Positions 38,154 through 48,330 are shown, counted from the stretch's first letter. The stretch: DNA of 60,512 nt from an uncultured Candidatus Berkelbacteria bacterium (GCA_903839975.1 CAIMEH010000027.1:1-60512), one strand, 5' to 3'. Made by a program: numbers and translations. The notes: generated from the sequence alone by a model not told the origin.

Positions 38154-38467
38154 AGGGGCGTAGCTCAGTGGGCCGAAGCGGTAACGAGAACTAAACTGCT
38201 TTAGTTCGAGTCGCTGAGGCGGGCGAAAGTATGTTGCATACTTGCAACACTTAAGTCCCGGAAGAGCATATTAATTTAGTGACAAATGCAGGGGCGTAGC
38301 TCAGTGGTAGAGCATCGGTCTCCAAAACCGAGTGTCGCAGGTTCGATCCCTGTCGCCCCTGCATTTGTCATTCAATAGTCTCCAAAACCGTAGGTCGCAG
38401 GTTAGATAGCGACGTAGCGAAGTGGCGGAGCTATCCGGAACGAAGTGAAGGATCCCTGTCGCCCCTG
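38154..38467 (+). pseudogene. Outer, triply interrupted tRNA-Trp copy enclosing the intact tRNA-Trp
   Basis: Pieces 38154-38171, 38263-38269, 38378-38403 and 38451-38467 are collinear and make up nearly a whole tRNA-Trp(CCA). Confidence 0.85.
38290..38361 (+). tRNA. tRNA-Trp(CCA), intact inner copy
   Basis: Canonical 72-nt cloverleaf, loop CTCCAAA. Confidence 0.96.
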
Positions 38468-38468
38468 C

Positions 38469-38505
38469 AAAAAGAAAGTCGCCCTATTTGGGCGTTTTTC
38501 TTTTT
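38469..38505 (+). terminator. Intrinsic terminator after tRNA-Trp locus
   Basis: CGCCC-TATTT-GGGCG plus T-rich tail. Confidence 0.75.
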
Positions 38506-38575
38506 ACTCCCTGTCTTGTTGACAGTCCGTATTGCCGCCAAGTACAGTAAATATATAACGAAATAAGGAGGGGGA

Positions 38576-39220
38576 GTGGAACAAGATCGAGGTTATCCGG
38601 CTTCACAGCCGACGCCAGCTATGCAAAATCCGCAGGTCGTAAGACCGGCGTATACTCGTGGTCCAGAGAAAGAGGGCATCTCTTCTGTTGGCGAGGTCTC
38701 TCAACCATTAGATACCTTCGGTATGATTATTTTCTTCGTGGTTTTATTACAAGTTGGTTTAATGATTGGTCTTAACCTTTACCAGAAGAGTCGAGTTAAC
38801 ACGATTACGACCGATCTACAGACAAAGCAAGCTCAACTGGCCTCACCAACATATACAGCCTTAAATACCCAAGTAAATGATGTCCTGGCAGGTCAGCAAA
38901 AACTGGAGATTATCTTAAATTCTAAACTCAGTTGGGCTACTTTTTACAGTACGTTAGACGCCGTAACGCCTAAAAATGTCCGTTTAACCTCAATGGCAAT
39001 TAACTCCGACGGAACTTTCAAAGCTGACGGCGAAACAGCCACTTTGTCTAGCTTGGCCGAAGCTATTGCTGCTTGGCGTGATGGCACATCGGCCACACCA
39101 ACACCTTTCTCAGCTATAAATCTTACCAATAACGGCTATACCAGCACTGGTGCAGCTAGACGAGTAACCTTTTCCATAACCGGACAGATCAATTTAAACA
39201 AACTACACGTACAACAATGA
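38576..39220 (+). CDS. PilN-like pilus assembly protein
   Basis: TM, coiled coil, W...L...TPKNVRLTSM pattern; precedes pilO. Confidence 0.75.
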   Translation: MEQDRGYPASQPTPAMQNPQVVRPAYTRGPEKEGISSVGEVSQPLDTFGMIIFFVVLLQVGLMIGLNLYQKSRVNTITTDLQTKQAQLASPTYTALNTQVNDVLAGQQKLEIILNSKLSWATFYSTLDAVTPKNVRLTSMAINSDGTFKADGETATLSSLAEAIAAWRDGTSATPTPFSAINLTNNGYTSTGAARRVTFSITGQINLNKLHVQQ

Positions 39221-39750
39221 ATATACGATCTCACTTAGGAATGTTACTACTGCTGGTTGCGGCTATCGGTTGGTTTGCGGTAGTTAAGCCACAATTAAGC
39301 ACCTATTCCGACGAAACTCTTCAAGTAAAAACCAAAGCAGCCGAATTGGATTCGTACAATCAACGAATTAGCGACCTTCAAACAATTCAAAACGCTGGCA
39401 GCTCGGTTCAAAATGTGTTGAAAGAGATGTACTTAGCGATGCCAAAAACCTCCCAAATTCCAGAAGTTTTGGTGATGATTGAAAGTGTTGCCAGTAACAG
39501 CGGGGTAGTCTTGAACGGAATTAATGTTGGTAGTACTGCTTCGTCAAGCTCAACTACAGCTGGTGCAGTTTCTCAAGTTCCAGTCTCGGTTTCGTTCTCG
39601 GGTAATTTAACAAGTGTTGTCAATTTTCTTAACGCCATTAATAATAATATCCGAACAGCCACAGTTAACAGTCAAACAATGACTTCAGATCAAAGTGGTA
39701 ACTTGTCGGTTACAATGCAGCTCGGGATAGTCTATCAAGGGGGCAACTAA
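39217..39750 (+). CDS. pilO: Type IV pilus assembly protein PilO
   Basis: TM, coiled coil, AMPKTSQIPEVL, VSFSGNLTSVVNFL. Confidence 0.8.
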   Translation: MNIRSHLGMLLLLVAAIGWFAVVKPQLSTYSDETLQVKTKAAELDSYNQRISDLQTIQNAGSSVQNVLKEMYLAMPKTSQIPEVLVMIESVASNSGVVLNGINVGSTASSSSTTAGAVSQVPVSVSFSGNLTSVVNFLNAINNNIRTATVNSQTMTSDQSGNLSVTMQLGIVYQGGN

Positions 39751-39751
39751 T

Positions 39752-40021
39752 ATGAATACAGTTAAACGTTTACAGCTATATATCGGAATTGGACTTCTGG
39801 TAGTTGTGATCGGCCTTTTCTTGTACTCGTTTGTTACAAGTATGCCTTCAGCAACAACTGTCAGCCAAAATGCCAAGCCGTTACCAGCAATACCGGCCGA
39901 TTTATTCTCGAGTAGTAATGCAGTAACTGGAGCTCTGGGTAAATTGAACGTTCCGTTAAATGTGCCCGTAACGGTTGACCCATCAACACTCGGTCGAAGT
40001 AATATATTCCAGAACTTTTAA
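39752..40021 (+). CDS. Small membrane-anchored pilus-associated protein
   Basis: N-terminal TM, C-terminal GRSNIF; between pilO and pilB. Confidence 0.65.
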   Translation: MNTVKRLQLYIGIGLLVVVIGLFLYSFVTSMPSATTVSQNAKPLPAIPADLFSSSNAVTGALGKLNVPLNVPVTVDPSTLGRSNIFQNF

Positions 40022-40024
40022 TGA

Positions 40025-42379
40025 ATGACTCCACAAGTTACTCCGGCACCAGCTCAAAATATTAGTCGGGCGTTTCTTGAATCCTTGATTGCCAAAGGAT
40101 TGATCAAAGATGGTTTTAGACAAGTTTTATCTGGCCGGGATTTACCTGATATTCAGGATTACTTACTTACGAAACAGCTTTTATCCAAAGAACAGATTAA
40201 TCAAGAGCTAGCGGCTTTATTCGGCCTAACATATATTCACCTTACCGGCAGAACAATTCCACCGGCAGCATTATCTATTCTTCCGATAGAAGTGGCCAAA
40301 CAATTTAAGATGGTTCCGTATGATCTACAAGGACTGGATTTATATTTAGCAGTGGCCGAGCCAGCCAATCTCCAGGGCGGAGCGCCCAAAGCTATCGCAG
40401 CTATCAGACAAGAGAAAGGTTTAAGGCTTCATTTAGCAGTTGCGCCAATTGAAGAAATAAACGAAGTTCTTTCAGCCGAAAGCAAACCCGCAACACCGCA
40501 ACCCCCACTCGTAGAAAGCCAACCAGTACCGTCACAGAGTGTTGGCGATTCTGAGAACGTTCAGTCTCTAAATAAAAAAGATCTAATTAACGAAGTTGAA
40601 CCAAGGGATAAGCCTATCGACCTAACCACAATTCAAATACCCAAAGAAACTCTCAATAAAATTCCTTATGAGGTAGCCAAAAAATATAGCATTATTGTTT
40701 TTGGCACCGAGCAGCCAAAGAGCAATCTTGAAGTGCCGATGATAAAAGTGGCAATCGTTAATTTTGCCGATAATCACGTTCGCGAGATTTTGGCCTACAT
40801 CGAACAGCGAAATAAAGTTTTAATCGATCGCTACTCTACTACCAAAGAATCGTTTGAAGCGGCCCTGAAAGGTTACGGACAGCCAGCTATGCCAATTACT
40901 CCAGCACCGAGCCAGCCAATTCCACGACCACCAGAAACTTCGGATACAGCTGTGGCAACTGTTTCAACGCAGTCGAGACCATTAGAAAGCCCAACAGAGG
41001 GTCTAGCTATTTCAGCTGCCGAGATGACCAATAAGCCAACCAGCGTAACAGACGAAACCCCAACAGTAATGTCTAATCAAAACCAGCGAGACTTGGAGGA
41101 CGAGGACATCGTCAAAGATCTGCCAAACAAAATTAATTCCGTTGAAGATTTGGCGGTAGTCTATAAGAGTGGGATTGTGCCACAGATTGTGGCCGCAACT
41201 ATTCTGTTGGGCGTAAAAATGCGTGCCAGCGATGTTCATATTGAAGCCAGCAAAGAGGAAGTAAGAATCCGCTATCGAATCGACGGTATTCTACACGATG
41301 TCATCCGCGTTCCAGCTTTTCTACATGCGCCGTTAATCTCACGTATAAAAATTCTCTCCAAGATGAAGATCGACGAGCAGCGAATACCACAGGATGGCCG
41401 TTTCGATGTTGTGGTAGAGAAGCGCCAAGTTGACGTTCGTGTTTCCACTATGCCAACAGTTCATGGCGAAAAGATTGTAATGCGACTTTTGGATAAAAGT
41501 AGCGGAATAATGTCGCTGGAGCAATTAGGAGTAACTGGCAGTAACTTCGATGTTTTAATTAAAAATGTTAATAAACCTTATGGTGTGATTTTATCAACTG
41601 GTCCAACCGGATCTGGTAAATCCACCACGCTTTACGCTATCCTTACCCGTATTAGCAAGCCAGGCGTAAACATTGTTACGTTGGAAGATCCAGTTGAATA
41701 TGAACTTCCGGGTATCAACCAAGCTCAGGTTAAACCACAGATTGGTTTCACTTTTGCCGAAGGTCTGCGCTCGGTTTTGCGCCAAGATCCAAACATTATT
41801 ATGGTTGGCGAAATTCGTGACCTGGAAACTGCCGCAATGTCTACTCACGCCGCCCTAACTGGTCACCTAGTCCTTTCCACATTGCACACCAACGATGCTT
41901 CTGGCGCCTTGCCTCGTCTTATCGATATGGGCGTGGAACCGTTCCTAATCACATCTTCGATTAACTGCGTTATCGGTCAACGTTTGGTGCGCCGTGTCTG
42001 TGAGAGTTGCCGCGAGCCAGAAGTAATTCCTGAAGCAGTAAAGAATTTTGTTAAGAAAGAGCTGAGCGAGATTCCTTCCGGCCAGCTTAAAGATCTCGAT
42101 TTAGAGAAGATGGTTTTCTATCATGGTCGAGGTTGTCCAAACTGTAATAACGGCTATCAGGGTCGTATCGGTATCTTCGAAGTTCTGCCAATGACCGAGA
42201 ACATCGAAGAGTTGGCAGTTAAAAAAGCCCCAGCTAGCGAACTGCGTCGCCAGGCCATTAAAGATGGCATGATGACTATGGTTCAGGATGGTTTTATTAA
42301 GGCTCTAAAGGGTATTACTACTGTTGACGAGGTTATGCGGGTGACGACTACTTCATACAAAGAGGTGCCCGAGGTCTAG
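40025..42379 (+). CDS. pilB: Pilus assembly ATPase PilB/GspE
   Basis: Two N-terminal GSPII-like domains, ASDVHIE, GPTGSGKST, LRQDPNIIMVGEIRD, tetracysteine motif. Confidence 0.93.
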   Translation: MTPQVTPAPAQNISRAFLESLIAKGLIKDGFRQVLSGRDLPDIQDYLLTKQLLSKEQINQELAALFGLTYIHLTGRTIPPAALSILPIEVAKQFKMVPYDLQGLDLYLAVAEPANLQGGAPKAIAAIRQEKGLRLHLAVAPIEEINEVLSAESKPATPQPPLVESQPVPSQSVGDSENVQSLNKKDLINEVEPRDKPIDLTTIQIPKETLNKIPYEVAKKYSIIVFGTEQPKSNLEVPMIKVAIVNFADNHVREILAYIEQRNKVLIDRYSTTKESFEAALKGYGQPAMPITPAPSQPIPRPPETSDTAVATVSTQSRPLESPTEGLAISAAEMTNKPTSVTDETPTVMSNQNQRDLEDEDIVKDLPNKINSVEDLAVVYKSGIVPQIVAATILLGVKMRASDVHIEASKEEVRIRYRIDGILHDVIRVPAFLHAPLISRIKILSKMKIDEQRIPQDGRFDVVVEKRQVDVRVSTMPTVHGEKIVMRLLDKSSGIMSLEQLGVTGSNFDVLIKNVNKPYGVILSTGPTGSGKSTTLYAILTRISKPGVNIVTLEDPVEYELPGINQAQVKPQIGFTFAEGLRSVLRQDPNIIMVGEIRDLETAAMSTHAALTGHLVLSTLHTNDASGALPRLIDMGVEPFLITSSINCVIGQRLVRRVCESCREPEVIPEAVKNFVKKELSEIPSGQLKDLDLEKMVFYHGRGCPNCNNGYQGRIGIFEVLPMTENIEELAVKKAPASELRRQAIKDGMMTMVQDGFIKALKGITTVDEVMRVTTTSYKEVPEV

Positions 42380-42429
42380 CGATGAAAACGATTACTGTGT
42401 AACGTAAAAAGAAGAGGGGAGAATATACA

Positions 42430-43497
42430 ATGGCCGAAGCAATGACAACCCAAATGAAGGAGCTGCTAGATATCGCAATTGAAAAGAATGCGAGCGATCT
42501 TCACGTAACCAACGGCTTACCGGCGATGATCCGTATCGACGGCAGACTAATTCCAGTACCAGGTGCGGCCGTTATTACCCCTGAAACTTCGGAACGACTT
42601 TTAATGAGTATTATGACCACCGAGCAGGTGGAGCGTTTAAATCAGCGTCGTGAGCTAGATTTCTCCTTTGGCTATCAAAAGATGCGTTTCCGAACCAATG
42701 CTTTCTATCAAAAAGGTAGTTTAAGTGCCGCCCTTCGTCTAATTCCAATGGCTATCAAAACAATGGAGCAACTAGGTGTCCCACCAATTCTGGAGCGCTT
42801 TGCAGAGCCAAGCCAAGGTTTTGTAATTATTACCGGCCCAACTGGTCACGGAAAAACCACCACATTAGCCGCCCTTATCCAGAGTATTAACGTGAAACGT
42901 GCTGAACATATTATTACTATCGAAGATCCTATCGAGTATGTCTTTGAGCACAGCAAATCAATTATCGTTCAGCGTGAAGTTGGCTCCGACACCAACTCGT
43001 TTAGTCGTGCTCTGCGTAGCGCCCTTCGTGAAGATCCAAACGTTGTTCTGGTCGGTGAGATGCGTGATTTGGAAACAATCGAAGCTGCTCTAACCTTAGC
43101 CGAAACCGGTCACTTAGTTTTTACTACATTGCACACCAACTCCGCTTCCCAAACCGCCGACCGTATTATTGATGTTTTCCCACCACACCAGCAGGAACAG
43201 GTACGAATGCAGCTAGCTAATGTTTTACTTGGTGTTGTTTCACAAAGATTACTGCCAAGAGTTCAGGGTGGGCGAGTTCTGGCCAGCGAAATTATGATTG
43301 CTAACTCGGCAGTTAGAAACACTATTCGCGAAGGCAAAACTCATCAGCTACCAAACATTATCCAAACCTCAGCATCGGAAGGCATGATCTCGCTAGACAA
43401 GGTTCTAGCCGAGCTTGTTAGCCGCGGCGACATCACTATTGATACGGCTCTTACTTGGGCGCTTGATCCAAAAGCCTTCAAGATGATGGTGTATTAG
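42430..43497 (+). CDS. pilT: Retraction ATPase PilT
   Basis: ASDLH, GPTGHGKTT, LREDPNVVLVGEMRD, AVRNTIRE. Confidence 0.94.
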   Translation: MAEAMTTQMKELLDIAIEKNASDLHVTNGLPAMIRIDGRLIPVPGAAVITPETSERLLMSIMTTEQVERLNQRRELDFSFGYQKMRFRTNAFYQKGSLSAALRLIPMAIKTMEQLGVPPILERFAEPSQGFVIITGPTGHGKTTTLAALIQSINVKRAEHIITIEDPIEYVFEHSKSIIVQREVGSDTNSFSRALRSALREDPNVVLVGEMRDLETIEAALTLAETGHLVFTTLHTNSASQTADRIIDVFPPHQQEQVRMQLANVLLGVVSQRLLPRVQGGRVLASEIMIANSAVRNTIREGKTHQLPNIIQTSASEGMISLDKVLAELVSRGDITIDTALTWALDPKAFKMMVY

Positions 43498-43498
43498 C

Positions 43499-44569
43499 AT
43501 GGCCAAAAAAAGCTACTCGTTAAATATTTTTAACCGAGTCTCGCCGCAAGAGCGAGCATTTATTGCCCGCCAGATGGCGGTAATGCTCGATGCCGGCTTG
43601 CCATTAGTTCAAGCAGTCCAGTCTTTAAGTGAGCAAACTCAAAATCCAGTTGTTCAGCAAGCATTAACGGAATTAACCGAGGATCTGGAAAACGGCTACA
43701 CACTATCCGATGCCGCCAAAAAACATCCAAAACTTTTCAATCATATCTTTATTTCAGTGGTCGCAGCCGGTGAAGCATCTGGAAAGCTTGATGTTGGTTT
43801 GAATCTGTTAGCTGATGAGCTCGAGCGCGACAACAGTTTCCGAGGCCGAGTTGTTGGCGCAATGCTTTATCCAGGATTTATAGTGGTGGCAATGATTGCT
43901 GTCGGAATTATTATGGTTACTAAGATTGTGCCAGCTCTTGAGGCAGTTTTTAAAGAATCGGGTGCTTCATTGCCATGGACAACGCAGTTGGTTGTTACTA
44001 TTACTAACAGTTTAATTAACTTTTGGTACATCTATATACTAGTTATCGGTATTATTATTTACTTATTTACCCGACTTCTGGCGAGCGATGATGGCGCTAG
44101 GGCATTCAACAACTTTTTATTCAAACTTCCGGCAATTGGGCCTCTTTATACTAATTTGGAGATGGCTAGGTTAACTAGAATCCTGGGAATTATGATTGAG
44201 GCTGGTGTGCCGATAATTCAATCGCTTGACTCAGTGGCATTAGTATTGGATTCAGTGGTTTTTCGTGAAACCCTAATTGCCACCGCTAGAAATGTAGAAC
44301 GTGGCGCGCCAATATCACAGACTTTAGCCAAATACGATCAGTTCCCAAGAACAGTAACCCAGATGGTTGCGGTCGGGGAGAAGACTGGAAAATTAGAAGA
44401 AGTATTGGCAAAGCTAGCCGACTACTACGAAACCCAAACTGACCAAGCTACAAAAAACTTTGCGGCGCTTATTGAGCCGGTTATCTTTGTTATCGTCGGC
44501 CTCGGCGTAGCTTTTCTAGTTTTCTCTATTATTGTGCCAATCTACAACCTCTCCGGCGTTATCAAATAA
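43499..44569 (+). CDS. pilC: Platform protein PilC/GspF
   Basis: AGLPL, GEASGKLD, AMLYP, GEKTGKLE, IEP. Confidence 0.92.
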   Translation: MAKKSYSLNIFNRVSPQERAFIARQMAVMLDAGLPLVQAVQSLSEQTQNPVVQQALTELTEDLENGYTLSDAAKKHPKLFNHIFISVVAAGEASGKLDVGLNLLADELERDNSFRGRVVGAMLYPGFIVVAMIAVGIIMVTKIVPALEAVFKESGASLPWTTQLVVTITNSLINFWYIYILVIGIIIYLFTRLLASDDGARAFNNFLFKLPAIGPLYTNLEMARLTRILGIMIEAGVPIIQSLDSVALVLDSVVFRETLIATARNVERGAPISQTLAKYDQFPRTVTQMVAVGEKTGKLEEVLAKLADYYETQTDQATKNFAALIEPVIFVIVGLGVAFLVFSIIVPIYNLSGVIK

Positions 44570-44706
44570 TTTGTCCAAACTTGACACTTGAGCCCATCTG
44601 CGGTGAGATGGGTATATAGCTTTCACCCTACCTTTTGGAGAGGGGCAGATGTGAGTCTGTTAGGGTCGACGAAAGTTTAAAAATATTTTTCCTTCGAAGG
44701 AGAAAA

Positions 44707-45237
44707 ATGAAATTACACAAAATGATGAAAAAAGGGTTTACGCTTATTGAGCTTTTGGTGGTTATCGCCATCATCGGTATCTTGGCATCTTTGATTATTG
44801 TCTCGCTAAACGGGGCACGAACCAAGGCTTCAGATACTCAGCTCAAGAATAATGCCCGAAACGTTGACACAGCCCTAGCACAATATGCTACGGATAATAA
44901 TAGTAACTATCCAAACAGTATAACCGCAGGAGAGGTGTCCACTGCTCTCTCAACACCTTTAACCAGCTATCTAAGCTCGGCTAATGTTTACGCACATCCA
45001 AAGACAGACGCAAAGTATGTATCGGACGCCGCTTCCTTGAGCACGAAATACTTACAGGTCTGGGGTTTGCAGACTAAAACCGACACAGTTGTTACTTCTG
45101 CTAATGGAACTTATCAGTTAGCTGCAAGTGGCACCATTGTGCAAAATACTCTAACTATTGCTGGTATTGCGACCGGCGAGGGTACTTCCACGCCTTACCC
45201 ATATGGTCTTGCGTTTGTGACCTACGGTCCACAGTAA
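44707..45237 (+). CDS. Type IV pilin (probable major pilin)
   Basis: KKG|FTLIELLVVIAIIGILA; TTGACA at 44581, GAAGGAG SD, own terminator. Confidence 0.9.
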   Translation: MKLHKMMKKGFTLIELLVVIAIIGILASLIIVSLNGARTKASDTQLKNNARNVDTALAQYATDNNSNYPNSITAGEVSTALSTPLTSYLSSANVYAHPKTDAKYVSDAASLSTKYLQVWGLQTKTDTVVTSANGTYQLAASGTIVQNTLTIAGIATGEGTSTPYPYGLAFVTYGPQ

Positions 45238-45261
45238 AAATTAGTCAAAGACAAAATAATT

Positions 45262-45287
45262 AAGGGGGCTGCTGTTGCAGCCTCTTT
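45262..45287 (+). terminator. Intrinsic terminator after pilin
   Basis: AAGGGGGCTGC-TGTT-GCAGCCTCTTT. Confidence 0.75.
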
Positions 45288-45312
45288 GATGTTGTTCGAA
45301 TATTTTAAAATC

Positions 45313-45474
45313 GAAAATCCCAAAAATTTCTATTGGCCGTCAGTTCAATGTTGGAAATTTTGCCAGGATTTTCACAATACGCCTGTGGCGGCGTGCGGGG
45401 GTACGGGTCGCAAGGGCCTAGGGGGTCGCCTCAAGACTAGACCCCCTGGCCTTTGCAGAAAGGGTGCTTGCACA
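45313..45474 (+). repeat. Repeat family A copy 3
   Basis: Core identical to 8337 copy; covarying GC hairpin. Confidence 0.9.
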
Positions 45475-45527
45475 GATAATATTTGTATTTATTAGAGTTC
45501 TATCAAGTCTTTTGGTACAGTAAATAT

Positions 45528-46310
45528 ATGGTACTTGAGGGAACGATCGCCTTTATCTTCGGGTTGGTCTACGGCTCATTCTTGAACGTGGTAATCCTAC
45601 GTCTAGACGAGTGGAAAACTATCCTTTACGACCGCTCTCATTGCCCAAACTGTAAAAACGACCTGATGTGGTACGACCTAATCCCGGTTATAAGCTACGC
45701 GTCTTTAGGTGGAAAGTGCCGCTACTGTAAAAAACCAATCTCGGGGCAATATCCAATGGTTGAAATACTTACAGCTGTGCTAGTAACGCTAGGCTATTTC
45801 TTGGTATTCACAAGTAACTGGCCACTATGGCGCGAGATTGTAGCTTTTGCGCTACTCATTCTGGCACTTGGCTCAATTATGACAATTCTCTGGCAAGATT
45901 TACGGGAGATGATGATTCCAGATAGTATCTCATACGCGTTACTATTTTTTGCCATCCTGTTTTCTTGGGCCTTTACCGGCGATTTTCTAAAGACCATCTA
46001 CGGTGGCCTGGTTGGCTTCTTGCCGATTGCATTGCTGGTATATCCTAGTCGTGGCAAATGGATGGGGGAGGGTGATGTAAAACTAGCGACCGCTCTTGGT
46101 TTGCTTGTTGGTTTTCCTTCGGCCGCTGTATTTATGGTTATGGCATTCTTTAGTGGTGGTTTATACGGTGCCATCGCTTTAATCGCTAAAAAAGCCAAAC
46201 TCAAAACGGCGGTACCATTTGCTCCATTTCTAATTTTCGGTGCACTAATAGCGCTATTTTGGGGCAAGGATTTGGTCAACTGGTACTTGGCATTTGCCCT
46301 GGGGCAATAA
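45528..46310 (+). CDS. pilD: Prepilin peptidase
   Basis: GSFLNVV, RSHCPNC, GKCRYC, MGEGDVKL, VPFAPFL. Confidence 0.94.
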   Translation: MVLEGTIAFIFGLVYGSFLNVVILRLDEWKTILYDRSHCPNCKNDLMWYDLIPVISYASLGGKCRYCKKPISGQYPMVEILTAVLVTLGYFLVFTSNWPLWREIVAFALLILALGSIMTILWQDLREMMIPDSISYALLFFAILFSWAFTGDFLKTIYGGLVGFLPIALLVYPSRGKWMGEGDVKLATALGLLVGFPSAAVFMVMAFFSGGLYGAIALIAKKAKLKTAVPFAPFLIFGALIALFWGKDLVNWYLAFALGQ

Positions 46311-46901
46311 ATGATTCGTAGGGGTTTTACACTCGTTGAGCTGCTGGTTACTATATCGATAATCGGATTACTTACAGGTTTGTTTATTCCGGCCGTAAAT
46401 CGCTCACTCACTAACAATAATATCGCCAACGACGCTGAACTTTTGGGCTCAAAAATCGAATCCGCTAGATTACTAGCGGGATCCACTCAGCAATTCGATC
46501 AAACAACTGGTGCCATCGGCTATTATGGTATTTTTATCTCCCCAGCTAATAACGCTGCCTTTTATATCGTTAGGCTAACAGGAGTTGCCGGAAGCCTGTC
46601 TTTCGATACAAATAATTGTGACGTAAATGTGGTTAAAAATCAGGTTAGTGCCGGCTCTGGATCGTGCATCGTTGAGACTGTAAAACTTACAAACGGCGTA
46701 ACTATTACTCCAGCTAACTTCCAACCCGACTCAACTAATCCATTTATTATATTCAAAACACCTACGCAACTTATTTATTCGGTTAACGGCGACAGCGCGA
46801 TTGCGCCAGTTTCTAACTGGGAGATTGATTTGAAAACCAGCACCAAAACTGCCAGAGTAATAGTAGATATGGTTTCGGCAAAAACAAACGTAACCTACTA
46901 A
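46311..46901 (+). CDS. Minor pilin
   Basis: RRG|FTLVELL signal. Confidence 0.87.
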   Translation: MIRRGFTLVELLVTISIIGLLTGLFIPAVNRSLTNNNIANDAELLGSKIESARLLAGSTQQFDQTTGAIGYYGIFISPANNAAFYIVRLTGVAGSLSFDTNNCDVNVVKNQVSAGSGSCIVETVKLTNGVTITPANFQPDSTNPFIIFKTPTQLIYSVNGDSAIAPVSNWEIDLKTSTKTARVIVDMVSAKTNVTY

Positions 46902-46903
46902 AA

Positions 46904-47656
46904 ATGCAAAAGAGGGGATTCACACTACTTGAAGTTCTAATTGCCGGAGGCGTCTTATTTATTGTATCATCAGCTGTTGTTGGGCTTAGTAACGCTATTG
47001 TTCAAGGTACGAGCACTACCAGCGATACGGCTCAAACTAGTCTCTGGGCTCAAGAAGGGTTGGAGTTAGTTGGAAAAATCCGTGATGATAACGTAACAGC
47101 CAATAGAACCTGGTTGGATGCCTCAACCGATCCATCTGTTTACGGTTGGTACTACTTAAAACAAGTTCCAGATCCGGCAGATAATACTAAAACAACCTGG
47201 ACGTTGCAGAAAACTAGCTTATTCGGATCGACGGCAAATTTAAGCGATATTTATAGCCAAGGGGTTAATAGCAGTATAGGTGCCGCCCTAAATAGTCAAA
47301 ACGCAAATCAAAACCTTGTCGGCTATCGCTTAATTTGTATTGAGGCCTACGGCGCGAACGACACTAGTGCAGATAGTACTCTTGCCTCCTGTAATAACTC
47401 CAACCAAAATGATGGCTTTAGGAATATTACCAATATCACGGGATGTCAGGTTGCTGGCAGTACTTCGAACGCAAACGATACTTATTGTCAGCTAACCCAA
47501 GGTAGTTTAACTCTTGACGGCAGTAGTACTTTTGTCCCACCTGGCAATGCCTTAAAAGTTCGGTCTGTAATTGTCTGGCAGAATGGAACTTCGTTCAAAG
47601 ATTTTGATTTGAGCTCAGTCTTAACAAACTGGCGTATACCAGGGAGTGGAGTTTGA
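46904..47656 (+). CDS. Minor pilin (PilV-like position)
   Basis: KRG|FTLLEVLIA, AQEGLELV. Confidence 0.85.
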   Translation: MQKRGFTLLEVLIAGGVLFIVSSAVVGLSNAIVQGTSTTSDTAQTSLWAQEGLELVGKIRDDNVTANRTWLDASTDPSVYGWYYLKQVPDPADNTKTTWTLQKTSLFGSTANLSDIYSQGVNSSIGAALNSQNANQNLVGYRLICIEAYGANDTSADSTLASCNNSNQNDGFRNITNITGCQVAGSTSNANDTYCQLTQGSLTLDGSSTFVPPGNALKVRSVIVWQNGTSFKDFDLSSVLTNWRIPGSGV

Positions 47657-48330
47657 TGAAAGGTTTTACCTTGCTTGAGCTCTTAGTGTCGGTGACTATT
47701 TTTGCAGGAATAATTATTTTATCTATGGCGGTTTTTGCAAGAACAATTAGTTCTTCAGCTAGGGCAAATAATACCAGGCAGAAAACTGAAGCTGCCAGAT
47801 CGATCTCCGATCAGATTTCTGGTGATTTTCGCTATGTCTCAACAACAAAGGATATTACCGTTGGATTCGGTTGTCCGGCACCGGCAACAAATGAAAAATG
47901 GTTCGGCTACTGCTATGGCTCTTTTTCTACCGGTTTAGTGTCGTCCGATGGCCTGTTCATGCTATTAAAATACCCAGGACAAGACGCAGATACTTACACA
48001 GCTAGAACCTATTACTTTGACGGTGTTAACAATATTTTTATGGGAGAGGCGGGAGTTGGGCACGAATGCAAACTTTCACTATCAAATTGTCAGCCAACAG
48101 CCTCAACCTCGACGGCCGGATTGCTATCCTCGTCTTATTGGATCGATCACCCAGCTGGAACTCAGATCTTCTCTGGGCAGGGTCAGACTACTACTGGGTC
48201 TGGTTTTCTTAATCTAGTCTTAACCATAAAACCAAACAACACACTAGCTCACTGTAGTGGCGCCGGTAGCGTTGATATTGGCACATGCTATTCATTAAAC
48301 AGTACACTAGTACCTGGAGGGCTTAACTGA
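47653..48330 (+). CDS. Minor pilin (PilW-like position)
   Basis: KG|FTLLELLVSV. Confidence 0.85.
   Translation: MMKGFTLLELLVSVTIFAGIIILSMAVFARTISSSARANNTRQKTEAARSISDQISGDFRYVSTTKDITVGFGCPAPATNEKWFGYCYGSFSTGLVSSDGLFMLLKYPGQDADTYTARTYYFDGVNNIFMGEAGVGHECKLSLSNCQPTASTSTAGLLSSSYWIDHPAGTQIFSGQGQTTTGSGFLNLVLTIKPNNTLAHCSGAGSVDIGTCYSLNSTLVPGGLN

Noticed and set aside
38172-38450. tRNA inserts as group I or canonical tRNA introns
   Set aside because: Too short (47-91 nt), no P/Q/R/S core, and each replaces conserved bases, so precise excision would not restore a canonical tRNA
38378-38467. 3' tRNA-Trp duplicate as attR of a prophage or island
   Set aside because: Only 16 bp from the intact gene, no integrase or cargo, and a matching 5' piece lies upstream; nesting explains it better, though ancient att events cannot be fully excluded
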